From Balanoglossus misakiensis (taxonomy: Eukaryota; Animalia; Hemichordata): a stretch of DNA of 64,000 nucleotides. The DNA is taken from positions 3,891,319-3,955,318 of the forward strand of contig CM082594.2 of NCBI GenBank assembly GCA_040954595.2. Reading direction: 5' to 3'. Under the pieces are notes generated by a model that saw only the letters and a list, made by a program, of their open reading frames with translations, searched no databases and was not told the DNA's origin. The translations under genes were made by a program, and so were the position numbers. This document shows positions 1-12,532 of the stretch, in pieces. Positions within the stretch are counted from its first letter, which is position 1. Each line of letters begins with the position of its first letter.

Positions 1-276
1 CGTGTGGTCATTCCATACCAAGTTCACGGTCGGTTAACCAAAGGCAGGAGGGTGGGTGGGAAGGAAACTTTGCCGTTGAACTAAAAACCGGTCTTGTTAA
101 AATTCCAATATGCGGTATAACTGTGCGCTGTTTGAGAGAGTGGTTGTGTTACCGGCCGCACAACTACAGAACAAGCAAATGCTTGACACCGTTTGCCCAA
201 CAACCAACAGCAACATCTGTGCGCTTGAAACTCTGACGCAGACACCCGGCGCGGTGGCAGTGACTGGAAAGGCTTC

Positions 277-448
277 ACTCACCGCAGCTCAGTCTGAAGC
301 GGCGCTGTCAGTTCTAACTCGGCATCTCTGCTAAGCAGTCCGTTCCACGAATGGCGTGACTAGAAGCCGGTTTGTGGCTGCGCGCTTCGCCAGCTTATAT
401 TAAATGTGCATTTTTACTTGGAAATGAAACTGAGGCCACGTCACGTGA
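277..448 (-). promoter_or_regulatory. Possible promoter and non-coding first exon of a minus-strand gene lying left of the window
   Basis: Minus strand shows an E-box GTCACGTGA (440-448), a TATAA-like box (395-399), about 80 nt of putative exon, then a consensus donor GCG|GTGAGT (277-282). Region is CpG-rich. No coding evidence. Confidence 0.3.
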
Positions 449-2314
449 TTCCAGCAGACTACACCTTGCTGCCTCAATTTGTGATTCCATTTTTTTCACA
501 GTGTATTACATGTACATCACATACAATTATGTTACCACTCGTCACTTAAGGAAATCCTACCGCGCTATACCATGGACCGGGGAATATGACGCAAGCTGTG
601 CGAAAGACAGTACAGTACTTCTGCCACCACTCGCTGTGTCACGCATAATATCTCCAAAGGTCGTTGCACCGTCAGAATTAACCATGAGCAGATTGACAGA
701 TGTTCCCGGATGGTGGTCTCCGGAGGTCTAGGTCTGGACTCGGCGAATCACTTGTAGATTGCGGTTGAAAAACCCATGAAAGCGTAACACCGTGCCATTG
801 AACAGCGAAGGCACGTCTCCCAAAATAGCAACGGGCAAATTTAATACATTAATCTGTCAGTATCTCTTTGGCGCTACTTGAGTTGTTTAACTTCCTACCG
901 GGAGGGTATTCACGGCGGTCTGCGCGCTGCCTCGGCAGTCTGCTGCCCTTACGTGACCTTATTTGTTCGCATAACAGAAATGATTACTACAATTACAGTG
1001 ACGCGTTATCTGCGTAACAAATTGCATTAGGGGACAGCACTGCGCTAAAGATTAACAACGCGGAAAGTTTTTTTATAGAAGGTATAACAAGATAAATCGC
1101 GTGACTAAATCAGCGTCACAAAAATATCACGGTGTCCTTTACGACGCTGACGTTTTACATACAGACCGCAGTAACTCCGTGGAATTATTGTATACTGCGT
1201 GGCCTGGATGTTTATTAGCATGGTACATTATTCAGTACTACTGTGTAAAAGTTGATGACCGTTTTCAAAGGAAATGGTGTCTTTTTCAAAAAAAAAATTC
1301 TCAAAGTGTGCCATTGACGTCAGTGCATAGGGTGTATCATCACAAATGGCGTGTGTGTGTTTTTCTGTATCTACACGGGTAAGAAATACAACGAATTTAC
1401 TTGAGACCACAAAGTCTTGTTTGGCCCCATACAAATGATCCCCTAATTGCCGTTGTATTGGTCGGTTTTGTGCTGAGGGTAACAAGCAACGTGAATATCA
1501 AACATTTGTTCACACTGTGTTATCTGTAAACGCCAAAAGAAAAGGCACCTCGTCTCACATTACTAATATTTGTTTCGATTGGCGGGGCAACTCAGATCAA
1601 ACGCGCCGATATTTGGATTCAGATGGGCGCGATTCTCTGCCGTGGGAAATTTTAGACTTTGTATCAGGGAGATACTAAGATTTCAATACGCCGAGATATG
1701 GTAGAACATGTTGAAAACAAGCCATGACGGCTTGGACAACAGTTGGCGTAGTATCTTTAAGATGTTAACACACAATATGCACCAACTTTCATAATTCCCA
1801 GTACAGTTCCAATATGCATGTTTTCAGCCACGAATTCTGATATAAGGAACATAAGAGGTAACGTGTATACCAAAATATGTTGTTTTAGAAATCAGAACCC
1901 TTAATAAGTCAGACGACGCCACTCTTATGCAGTCAAGTATTTGTAGGCTGGGAAAGCTTTACAGATGTACAGGAATTCGATACTCAGTGGCCAATCTGAC
2001 TGTCTGAAAGTGTGTAGTCGGTTTTTCTAACCTCTGCCACCATAGCTGCTTCGCAAAGCTGTGGGTAACCATGGCGACCGCAAAACTGCGCATGAAAATC
2101 CAAAATGTATCATGAAAGGTCGACGTCTTTCTGTTGGGAGTTGATCGCGAGATTTCAGATGAGCACAGATGATTAAAAGGAAGTATCTGAGAAGTTTTAA
2201 GAATTCATTTTCTCCAATGTCATTATGAGAACAATTTCGCCATGTCATACAACATAAGCGAAACAAAATAAAACATATTATAAGTGGTTCAGTGTTTTTT
2301 GTTGGAAGGCGGAA

Positions 2315-3054
2315 ATGTATGTATGTATGTATGTATGTATGTATGTATGTATGTATGTATGTATGTATGTATGTATGTATGTATGTATGTATGTATGTAT
2401 GTATGTATGTATGTATGTATGTATGTATGTATGTATGTATGTATGTATGTATGTATGTATGTATGTATGTATGTATGTATGTATGTATGTATGTATGTAT
2501 GTATGTATGTATGTATGTATGTATGTATGTATGTATGTATGTATGTATGTATGTATGTATGTATGTATGTATGTATGTATGTATGTATGTATGTATGTAT
2601 GTATGTATGTATGTATGTATGTATGTATGTATGTATGTATGTATGTATGTATGTATGTATGTATGTATGTATGTATGTATGTATGTATGTATGTATGTAT
2701 GTATGTATGTATGTATGTATGTATGTATGTATGTATGTATGTATGTATGTATGTATGTATGTATGTATGTATGTATGTATGTATGTATGTATGTATGTAT
2801 GTATGTATGTATGTATGTATGTATGTATGTATGTATGTATGTATGTATGTATGTATGTATGTATGTATGTATGTATGTATGTATGTATGTATGTATGTAT
2901 GTATGTATGTATGTATGTATGTATGTATGTATGTATGTATGTATGTATGTATGTATGTATGTATGTATGTATGTATGTATGTATGTATGTATGTATGTAT
3001 GTATGTATGTATGTATGTATGTATGTATGTATGTATGTATGTATGTATGTATGT
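2315..3054. repeat. Pure (ATGT)n tetranucleotide microsatellite, 740 bp (~185 units)
   Basis: Uninterrupted ATGT repeat; explains the MYVC/YIHT pseudo-ORFs. Confidence 0.99.
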
Positions 3055-6000
3055 GCGTACCTTCGAGTCTCTAAAGTAATATATACCTAAGTTTCTTCTA
3101 CACAACGTGATTACAGATCAGAACAATGTCGGATAATATGTGTGACACTTGTGAATAGAAAAAAAAATCAATATTAATACAGATCTTCATATTGTCTATA
3201 AATCACTTGACAAAGGGGAATTAATGGAAATACCTTCCATGTATGCTTAATAGCAAAATGCACCCCTGTAGCAGAGAGCAAAGTAACCCACTCACACTTT
3301 CGCCTTTGATGAGTGTGAGGACAATCGTCCCACGCGTAGATTAGTTTCTCATGATTATTTGCCTACCACTGAAAGGGTGTTTACCAAATCGCTCTGAGTG
3401 CATCCCTATTTAAATTTGCTCACCGACAGAGATGATGGGTTTTCTTTGGAAATGCAAGTTCAAATAAATCTTACCAGCAGGTTAAGTCGGTGTGGGTCTG
3501 TTTTCAATGGTAAACCATATTTATTAAAAATATAAAGGATGGCGTTTTCCCTTGGGCCTTGACACTATGTTGAATATCACTATTATAAGTTTGTCGATTG
3601 GCAAACGCTCAGTTAAAACACACTGCATGTCAGCATATTAGATATACATTCTCCTTTTTAAAAGTCGTGAACGAGTGAATACATGAATACATATAACTAC
3701 AATAGGCAATTACATAGAATTGCAAATCTGTAAAAGGCTACATTAAGTCGTCTGTCCTGTTTACGAGAACTACATTTGTATATACTTTACGGACTGCATT
3801 CATTGGAGGCCATTGACAATATTTAGGTTAAGTTTGTTGACACTGTTTTCTGGCAAAGAGTATCCCATGTTACTTAAATGATCACTATGTTCAATGGTAG
3901 TGCAAATTTACGCAGTGCTTGTATTACGATGGTATCGATCGCAGGAACACGCAGAACAAAACAAAAAACGCGCATAGCAGCCGAGTTCGATCCGTCGGGT
4001 TTTTCTAGATCAATCAAACCCCCTTTTTCGTGGAATTTCGAAGGGATAGCCGCTTAAATAAAATCGCACACACAATTGTGGCTGTCTTGAACAACGAACA
4101 GCAAATGTTTCCTGTGTGCAGACAAAAGGATCGTGAACATGTTCTATTTTATAGGCGCCAGGCGATTTCTACTGACTACAAAGGCAAGGTCGTCCAAACG
4201 ATTTCACTTTCTGTTTCGAAGTCAAAAAGATCAGGGGTCAAAACGATCATTTAACTTGCCATGTAAATATGGCAAGTCAAATGAAGATACCTCTCAATTC
4301 ATATCCGATACGTCAATGCGAACGTGGCCTATTCGGCCTACACATTTGTCGAGTGCCCGTGAATTTACTCAGTGGATAGATGTGTGTACAGATCAGCGAC
4401 CAAGATTGTAACAAATTTGTGTGGACTGGTGGTAACCAACGTTAAACATCAATTAGTTACGTATATACTGCTAAAGTGATTCTTCCGATCTTGATATTTA
4501 CGAAATGGAAAACCTTAAAAACGGTTTCATATTTTACTGCAAGCGTAGAGAATCGCTTTTGGTATCGTGCTCCGTGTTATCTCTCAGCCTCCCAGCTGAT
4601 CGAGAAATGCCCGTCAACGTCTAAAGCCATTTCATCTGAAAGTCAAAGCTTTGATATATCAGGGCTATGATATCTTTTGACAGATGGTTAATATTTAAAT
4701 CTAGCGTGCAACGTGCGGGTCTTTCTGATTGCCATCTCCATTTCCAAGCAAGTCAATCTGTGCTGATTCAACAATAGGAGAGCCTGACAATTTTGAGCCT
4801 GACTGATGTGTTCCAACAAATGGATTATTCAAGATCGGAGAACGAGAATTTTTCAGAAATATGTTCTGGAAGTTTCTTTTATGTATAGGTGATAGTGAAA
4901 TGTGCCACATCCTGTATCATGTAAACGGCGTGGCGAATGCTTTGAAGCCCTGACGACGGCTAATCAAAAAATTCAAAGGACGGCGTGGAACTTCGTGGAT
5001 GCTCTAGTTTTGCCTATGTTCTTCAAGCGGACTAATGCATTCCTGTGTGTCTCTCCCGATTGACATGATTGTGTGCCCGCCTCGGTCCTTCAGATCGGCT
5101 TTATTGGCCAATTCAACGGGAAGGCGCGTCACCGTCCCGGTTGTTCACAAGAGAACATTGAGTCTCGTCGCTGATGCCGTGCGAAAAATTACGGTGAACA
5201 CAGGTAATAATGACAGCAGTTTTGAATAATTCAGCTCTTTCGCTCCTTCAAATTGACACAATCAACACGCGACAACAAGTTTAGAAATGTGCCAAGCTGC
5301 AGCATTTTAAACTTAATGCTACGCAAGGTCTCCACGCTTATATTTGGAATTCGAATCGCGCAATTGCTTCGTATTCAAAAGACAGCCTTTCGCGGTTTTC
5401 CAGAGGCCTAAAAACTAACAACGGTACTTTGGATATATTTCCATCGCGTGTAAGCTCAGATAATGACTGTAATTTCTGGAATTAGTGCAGCGCTGTCTGC
5501 AATTAAGTTACAATGATACAAAAATAGAGTCATTTATTGACGTGTCATATCCATATCTAGCTGTGATCCATGACAAAATCGACAACTAAAATTCCAATCT
5601 ACAAATACCAACCTCAAAATGCGGAAATGTCTTTGTGACATATATCCAGATATTTTTTTTCTAAAATTTTGACCAAGACCTGCAGACAATGGAAAGTTAT
5701 GTCCACTTGGTCTAAAATTAAGGGAAATGGTGAGAGAAAATGTGTGAAAATGATAAAAATGATGCACCACATTTTGAAATGAAAAGTGTGGCGTTCAAAG
5801 CGTATTCGTCGTGCATTGAAGATTATCTTCACTGGTGTCACATAGATGACAGATTTCCAAGTAAACATGGTCCTTCACACAACCGCACAAGAGATCAAAA
5901 TGAGGTAGGTAGCGTCTCGCCATCCGCTCAGATTTCTACATATTTCTCGGACAATGCCAGCGCACGAGGAACGTGATATGCGTATAAGAATACAACAATA

Positions 6001-6601
6001 CAGTGGCAAGATGGATCATGCATCGCCCGCAAGATTCCTCATCAATCAACCGTTCATGATCTGGTAATTTTTTTTTCATATAACCAGCGTCTTGTAAAAC
6101 CAACTCTGCGGGTCTCTGTGACGTCACCAACTTCGTGATCAAACTTCTTAACGAGACACGAGCTGATTTGAAGTTGTCATTTACATTTTATACCAATTAC
6201 TACGAATCGTTGTATTACTTTTTTGGTCATTTATCTACTTGATAATTGATCAACATGTTTATGATTTGTTTCTTTATTATCCAAGGTTAATGAAGATAGG
6301 GCAGTATGTCATGAATTTTAATGATGCATACAACATGTAGAATAATCGAGTGTTTGAAAAACAAGAGAAATAGCCCCAGGGAAATGTTTTGTTCATACAA
6401 CAGGTACACAAAACATAGAACATGATGATTACAACGAAAGTTCAGTGATACTCCTGTGTATATACTGTACAAATTCCTAGCACTGACGACTAGGTACAAC
6501 AACGCCACCACCGAAATAAGTACGTCATTCTTTCGTATAAAAATAATATTACAACTGTGAGTACGTTTTATAGAAGGTTAACGGAAATATAAACAATATG
6601 A

Positions 6602-7815
6602 ATTAAAGCTGCAAGCAGCGTTGGCGGGGCACAAGCGGTTCCCATGGTAACCAGCAAATGCCAAGGCTGTATCAGCTGTGGATACCAAGATATGGGAAAG
6701 TAGGTCAAAGGTCACTTGAGGTCACCCCAAATTTGGGCAAAAAAATCGGACCCCATACAAGTCTAGGTCCAACAAAAACCAGACCCCTAGCTCTATTGGT
6801 TCACCTAGAATTAGGTATGCGCATAATTAATGAGGTCTTGTGTAAGACTCCATATGCGCTCCATCTGCCCCCCAAAAGCCAGGACTCTAACTGCTGTGGA
6901 TGCTGAGATATGGGAAAGTAGATCAAAGGTCATCAAAGGTCACTCAAAATTTGGGCATAAAATTTTGACCCCAGGGTGGGCCATGTCCAACTTAAACCAG
7001 ACCTCTAGCCCTGTTGGTTAGCCTGGAATTAGATATGCAGAAAAATAATGTTTCAGAAATAGGTCAAGGGTCATTGCCAAAATTACCAAAATATTTGTGT
7101 CATGTCCTGGCAGCATTGGTACCCATGTCCACAAAATTCATGACTGTGGTGCTTTGACAAGAGGAGGTATGGGGAATATGCATATATAATTAGTTGTTTT
7201 AAAACTGGGTCAAAGGTCATGTGAAAATTGCCTTGAAAAATGGTGACAACTTCCGGTCATGTGATGACTCATATCCAAAAAAAGAATTTCCATGCTGTCA
7301 ACATTTTGGCTACAAAACGGAATTATCACTTTTCAATGCTTTTCCGAAAATCCAACATGGCCGCCATAATGATCGACCAATCACAGTGCGCTTCGCAAAC
7401 TTGATAGACATAGGTTAGGTGACCACATATCCCAAATCCCGAGACTCGGTAACCGCTGGTTCTGGAGAAGAAGATTTTTAAAGTTTTAAGTAGTTTTTCA
7501 GAAAAACAATTGTAGCAAAAAAACTTTATGTATGACGTCATGATTTCAATGGGGTAAAATGATGGACATAAGGTAGGCTACCTGCACACCAAATTTGAAC
7601 TCGATCGGCCCAGTGGTTTTTGAGAAGGACTCATTTAACGATTTTCAGGAAATCCAATATGGCCGCCAGGTCACGTGACTAATTAAATATTCACGAGCCA
7701 CTGCACGTCTACTCATTGGCCCCTATCACCCTACCAAGTTTCAGCCCCCTAGGTGCTGCCGTTTTCCAGATCTACCTGGCCGATTTTTGGAGAAGAAGAA
7801 GAAGAATAAAGAAGA
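6602..7815 (+). mobile_element. Element A: non-autonomous Helentron (~1.27 kb), left part; its last 56 bp are displaced to 29038-29093
   Basis: Left end with GCTGC-AA-GCAGC stem and sub-TIR GGGGCACAAGC (6626-6636). Body near-identical to 23963-25128 of element B. Rejoining 7815 to 29038 restores GAAGAATAAAGAAGAAATATTCCAACAATACC, as in B. Confidence 0.85.
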
Positions 7816-9100
7816 ATTAAAGCTGCAAGCAGCGTTGGCGGGGCACAAGCGGTTCCCATGGTAACCAGCAAATGCCAAGGCTGTATCTGCTGTGGATGCC
7901 AAGATATAGGGAAAGTAGGTCAAAGGTCACCTGAGGTCACCCCAAATTTGGGGAAAACAGTTTGACACTGTACAGGTCCATGTCCACCAAAAACCCAACC
8001 TCTAGCTTGTGGTTAGCTTGGAATGAAATATGTGCATAATTAATGAGGTATTGTGTAAGACTCCATTATGTGCTCAAATTCCCCAAATGCCAGGGCTTTA
8101 TCTGTTCTGGTACCCATGTCCACAATAATCAAACATATACCTGCATTTGTTGGTGTAGTATATTAGACATGTGCATATAATTAAAAAAGCGCTGAAACAA
8201 TGTGAAAATTGGAGTGCAAAGTTTGCTTCTATACCTATTCAGACTATTCAAATACCAAATTAAATTGTGCCTGCATGTGTTCATAAACGTTTAAATATGC
8301 TTGACATCCATTAGTGGTATGAACTTTCGCTCGTTCACTCGTACAACTATTTTGGTGTTTTTATTATTAGCTCTTTTGTTGATGATGATGACATTAAGTG
8401 ACAAATGCGTTAAATATGTATTTGTGACAACTTTCTTTCAAGAATAGTTGTTCACTGTTCTACCCAGGTGAATACGAGACTATTTCAGTCATTTTGCAGA
8501 AATTTATACTGCTTCCAGCTGTGGTCTATCTTTACAGGTACTAACAGCAATTTCCGTGCCCAATAACAATTGTTTCAGAAGGCTGAATGTTTATGCCTGT
8601 ACATATATAAATTCACTACAGTGCATACACTGGAGAAATATTTTAAACTCATTTCTGTATTGAAAACCTTTTGGACGGTGCATACATGTATCTGTGTCAT
8701 GTATATTTTTCTATAACCTTACCTGATTCAAATAAATGAAATGAACATCATAAAAGCAGACCTTTTTGGTAGCTTAATCATAAAATAAGGGATGATCATA
8801 ATAATTGGAATTCAATAAGGTCAGGTTCATCCAAAATAAGTTTCAGTGCCACATACATAGTGCAAAGTCCATGAACTGCCAATTTCCCCACCCATTGTAT
8901 ATATAGGCTCCTATACCGCTCAGCGCCACCAACGGAAGAATGGAGAGAAGAGATTTTCATTCACGTTGATCTTATCATTAGATGTTTGCACCAAAATATA
9001 ATAAATGAGCAATGATAACGATGGGGAAATTAATTATATGTTGATTGAAACATAACAGTCATCGCAAGTGTAACAACGAACTCGTTTATTTGAACGTCTT

Positions 9101-9194
9101 GGGCGGAAGTGACGTACAAAAGAAAGGCAGAATACCAATGTTTGGGGGCGCTATACCAATTACAGCCACACTCTATACTGAACTACTGGTGAGT
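9101..9194 (+). promoter_or_regulatory. Putative Pol II promoter and first (non-coding) exon of the Helentron gene
   Basis: Overlapping ETS/CRE motif GCGGAAGTGACGT (9103-9115) in a locally CpG-rich patch, followed by donor CTG|GTGAGT (9189-9194). A second possible donor CAG|GTGAGT lies near 9445. Confidence 0.5.
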
Positions 9195-9566
9195 ATTATT
9201 TTGTAAAGCCCGTCTTTCGAAAATTAGTTTTAGATAAGCGATCCCGATGTTTCAAGGCACGAAAGATATATGACACTGTGCGGGAAGATGTTGGGTTATG
9301 AGTACTTGATGGCCATCATCGAAGTTTAATTCGATTGTGTGAAATTATTGACGATTCTTTTCGATCGCTGACACAGCTGCCTAAAAAGTAGGGTTAGGGA
9401 CTTAGGGTAAAAATAGAATCGCGACCACCACATGCGGTCTGCAGGTGAGTTTGTTTTGGTTCTTTCTTGAAACGTGCAGCTTTTTGGATGAAATAATACA
9501 TTACAGAACCCAGCAAAACTGTAAGTATCTGTGCAAATGGTTCGCTATGTAATCGAAGGGAAATCC

Positions 9567-9661
9567 TTAGCTGCAATGATTGTAGCGGGTGCTGCTAGGT
9601 TGACTGATGCTGCGAACACACCAGTCAACCTAGCAGCACCCGCTACAATCATTGCAGCTAA
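9567..9661. repeat. Perfect 40-bp inverted repeat with 15-nt spacer (hairpin / mini-MITE)
   Basis: 9567-9606 is the exact reverse complement of 9622-9661. Confidence 0.95.
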
Positions 9662-9923
9662 TAAACACATTCTCAGTTTTGTACATTTCATATTAGTGTC
9701 ATTGAGGAAGAAATTGCAGTTATATTAAACCTTGGGAATATGTTCAAGAAGCAACGAATTGTAGTTTTAGCTGTGAATTGAATAATTCATTTCTATAGTC
9801 TATTAGAGGTATATGCATAGATTGCAAATAGTATTGCTGGGTATTCTTATGTTGCATTTAGACTACAATGCTGCACAAGTAGAATGAACCACAACAAAGT
9901 CACCAGGGTGAAGTGTTCATGAC

Positions 9924-10006
9924 ATACTGTAAAACAGGTCATTGGCATGACATGAAATTTTTGCTATATCAAAAGAAGCAACTGTTACGTGAGGATTAAT
10001 TTTTGC
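9924..10006 (+). mobile_element. Degenerate fragment of the ACTGTAAAA-terminated MITE family seen at 35659
   Basis: ACTGTAAAA...TCAAAAGAAGCAACTGTTACGTGAGGATTAATTTTTGC aligns with TCAAAAGAGGCAACTGTTACGCGAAGATTAATTTTCGC (~35701-35738), including CG-to-TG changes. Confidence 0.55.
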
Positions 10007-10540
10007 TTGGTTTCATGTCTGTTCGTGTGCCAGTTTAGTTGAGTGTGTGGCACATATGTGAATGTTGGTATATACAGCCTGTGCACAGTGTATATAATTG
10101 CACCATGTGATTGCGTGTGTTTGGACCTTTGCACCTCTTTGATGCCTGTCCGTCTGTGTGCTAGTTCATCAGAGTGTGGATGCGTGTGTGTAGGTATGTC
10201 TATGTATCATGTGTTTGCATCTTTTTCTGAATCTTTGTCTGCATGTCTTTGTTGATTCATGTATGTCTGGAACTCCTGTCTGTGTGCAAGTTTATCAAAG
10301 TGGGTGTGTGTGGCTAGGTATTAGTACTACATGTACCCTTTGTTTATGTCTGGGTGTGCACTGTCAGCCGTTCTGGATTGGCTGTGTTGTATATGTACAT
10401 TGAATGATTTTTGTGTCACTATGCATGGTTCTATTGTGTATGCAGAAAACAATGTACTTACATGTATTTTGATATGCAGTATTCAGTCTTTGTAAAGGTG
10501 TTTGAATGTAAAGTGTGACGATGGGGAATGGGATCACTTA

Positions 10541-11270
10541 GGGACCGTTCAGTTTTTACGGCCGGGGGTGGGGGGGGGGGATCAAAATCCAGGGGGGTGA
10601 CTTAAGTCCAAGAGGGGGGGGGGGGGGGGTCATCTGTTTTTTTATATGTTTAGGGGGGTCACATACTTTTGCCACCGAACTTTTGCTTTTGAGTACACAA
10701 AATTGCAGTTTCACGCCCTTTATTTTACAAAATTTTCTAATGTGGGAGGGGGACACCAACCCCCTCCATTCTCCCCCACATTGCATTTATTCGCTGGTTT
10801 GTCTAGTGTACAGGGCAGACTTCTTCCCACCCTACCCCGATGCTTCTTTTGAGTGGAGTGGCAAAATTAAAATTTGTCCTCCCTAACATTAAGTTAATTT
10901 GCTTTTGAGTTCATTAAAATGCAACTTTGAGCACTGTATTTTACCAAATTTTCTTATGTGGGAGGGGGACACCCCCGCCACTTTTCTTTTTTTACCAATT
11001 CTACCAACTATTGTATTGGATTGTCATTTTAGTTTGTTCATTTAATTTAATGTCTAATTGAGGCGAGAGGAGCCTCATTCCATTTATTGCATACAGTGTA
11101 CATAGGTTCATGTTTTCGGCATGGGGGGGGGGGGGTCATCATATTTTTGGGTCTGTCAAAGGGGGGGGTCATCATTTTTTGGTCCTTGGTGAAGGGGGGG
11201 TCGGCCTGATTTTGAAAATCGATGACACAAACTTGCCCCCCCCCCCTGGCCGTAAAAACTGAACGGTCCC
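10541..11270. mobile_element. PIF/Harbinger-type MITE (730 bp) in Helentron intron
   Basis: TIR GGGACCGTTCAGTTTTTACGGCC ... GGCCGTAAAAACTGAACGGTCCC, flanked by 3-bp TTA direct repeats (10538-10540, 11271-11273). Poly-G/poly-C subterminal tracts; no ORF. Confidence 0.85.
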
Positions 11271-11565
11271 TTATACTGTAAAGATTCTCATGTTATAAGG
11301 GTGGTAATTTCAATGACTCCTTTATGATGTTATATCTGGCACTGTCTTTTATCTTTTTGTATGTGGTTGTATGTGTTTGCTTTGATTGTATTGGCGCATA
11401 TACTGTAGTCTGTTATGTTTAGTGAAGATAAAGAGGAAATGCCTGATGGAAATAGATGAACTGGATTTTATGCAGAAATAATATGCATGTATTCTGTTGG
11501 ATTCAGTGGCAAACATGTACACCTATAACCAGTAATGATAATTTATATTATTTGCTTTCTTGCAG

Positions 11566-11595
11566 TTTTGTATAACCAAAGATATCCCACTTGAG
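11566..11595 (+). other. Putative 30-nt non-coding 5' UTR exon of the Helentron gene
   Basis: Acceptor TTTGCTTTCTTGCAG| at 11565 and donor GAG|GTAAGT at 11596. Confidence 0.55.
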
Positions 11596-12139
11596 GTAAG
11601 TGTGTCTGCCATGTGAAGAGACCTTCAGCATAATGCACTGCAGTACAGTTCTGCATGTGATTCATTGCAGGTTACTTGTCATAACTCTGCTCTGACACAG
11701 AGCTTATCAGATAAGACAATTGTTCATAGGTTGTCTGTCATGTGTCAACACAAGTGTTCTGTTAAATAACTAGTGCAAATGTGTTTAAATTTTATATGCA
11801 TGTTTGGCCTTAGTATAGTTTTTGGAAATTGTGAAATTTGGGTATATAATTAAACCCTCTTAGTATCCAAGTGTCCAATTGCCTTGAAATGTACAGTCAC
11901 TATGTGTAAATACAACAAATGCCATAATTTGAGTGGGAAATTTTTGCTGAGCTAAATTTCTTTAATCACGTCCTGTGTGAAAAAAATGTCTATAGTTTTG
12001 TTTGAGAATGGCACATGCTGTCTTACTACTTTGACTTTATTCTATGTGCATGAAGTCAACATATGTTGGAATAGTTTCTACAGAAATGTCTACTTGTCTT
12101 ACCCAGATTGCAAACAAATATTTCAAAAAGGTAAATGAG

Positions 12140-12420
12140 AAGAAAGTGTGATCGGCTGAATCTATGAATCTCAAACTTGGCACAATTATGTGGGCCTATG
12201 TAATTTCATGCATAACACTCTTGAATTTTTAATTACTCACTGTAATTGTCAGCTTTGATTGGAATTTTCATATGGACCTTATTTATATTAAAATGTGGAA
12301 TAAAAAATCTGTTGACAGTCCTTGTACACTACATGTACCGGTATATGGTCAGGATCCCACATGCCAAATTTCAAGGTTGTGGACCATGTCAACAGGTTTA
12401 TCCGTGACCTTGACCTACCC
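12140..12420 (-). mobile_element. Old inverted Helentron-family relic within intron of element B
   Basis: CGGCTGAATCTATGAATCTCAAACTTGGCACAATTATGTGGGCCTATG resembles the reverse complement of 28773-28820 of element E. Also TGACCTTGACCT and CATGCCAAATTT motifs shared with the subterminal regions. Confidence 0.5.
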
Positions 12421-12532
12421 ATAGGCCTATACCTCTACAGTGAAGCTATCACCACATTTTATTCTGGCATTCTGGTCTGTACAATAGTCCCGGACATTAA
12501 AATGTTAACAGTTATGTATTTATTGATTTCAG

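Noticed and set aside
2278-3105. Four 254-275-aa ORFs (MYVC/YIHT repeats)
   Set aside because: Artefacts of a stop-free tetranucleotide microsatellite.
3975-4005. B-box-like GAGTTCGATCC followed by T-run
   Set aside because: No A box at suitable spacing and no cloverleaf.
8141-8725. Minus-strand splice-like signals suggesting a divergent transcript from the Helentron promoter
   Set aside because: Only isolated donor/acceptor motifs and no coherent ORF; not supportable.
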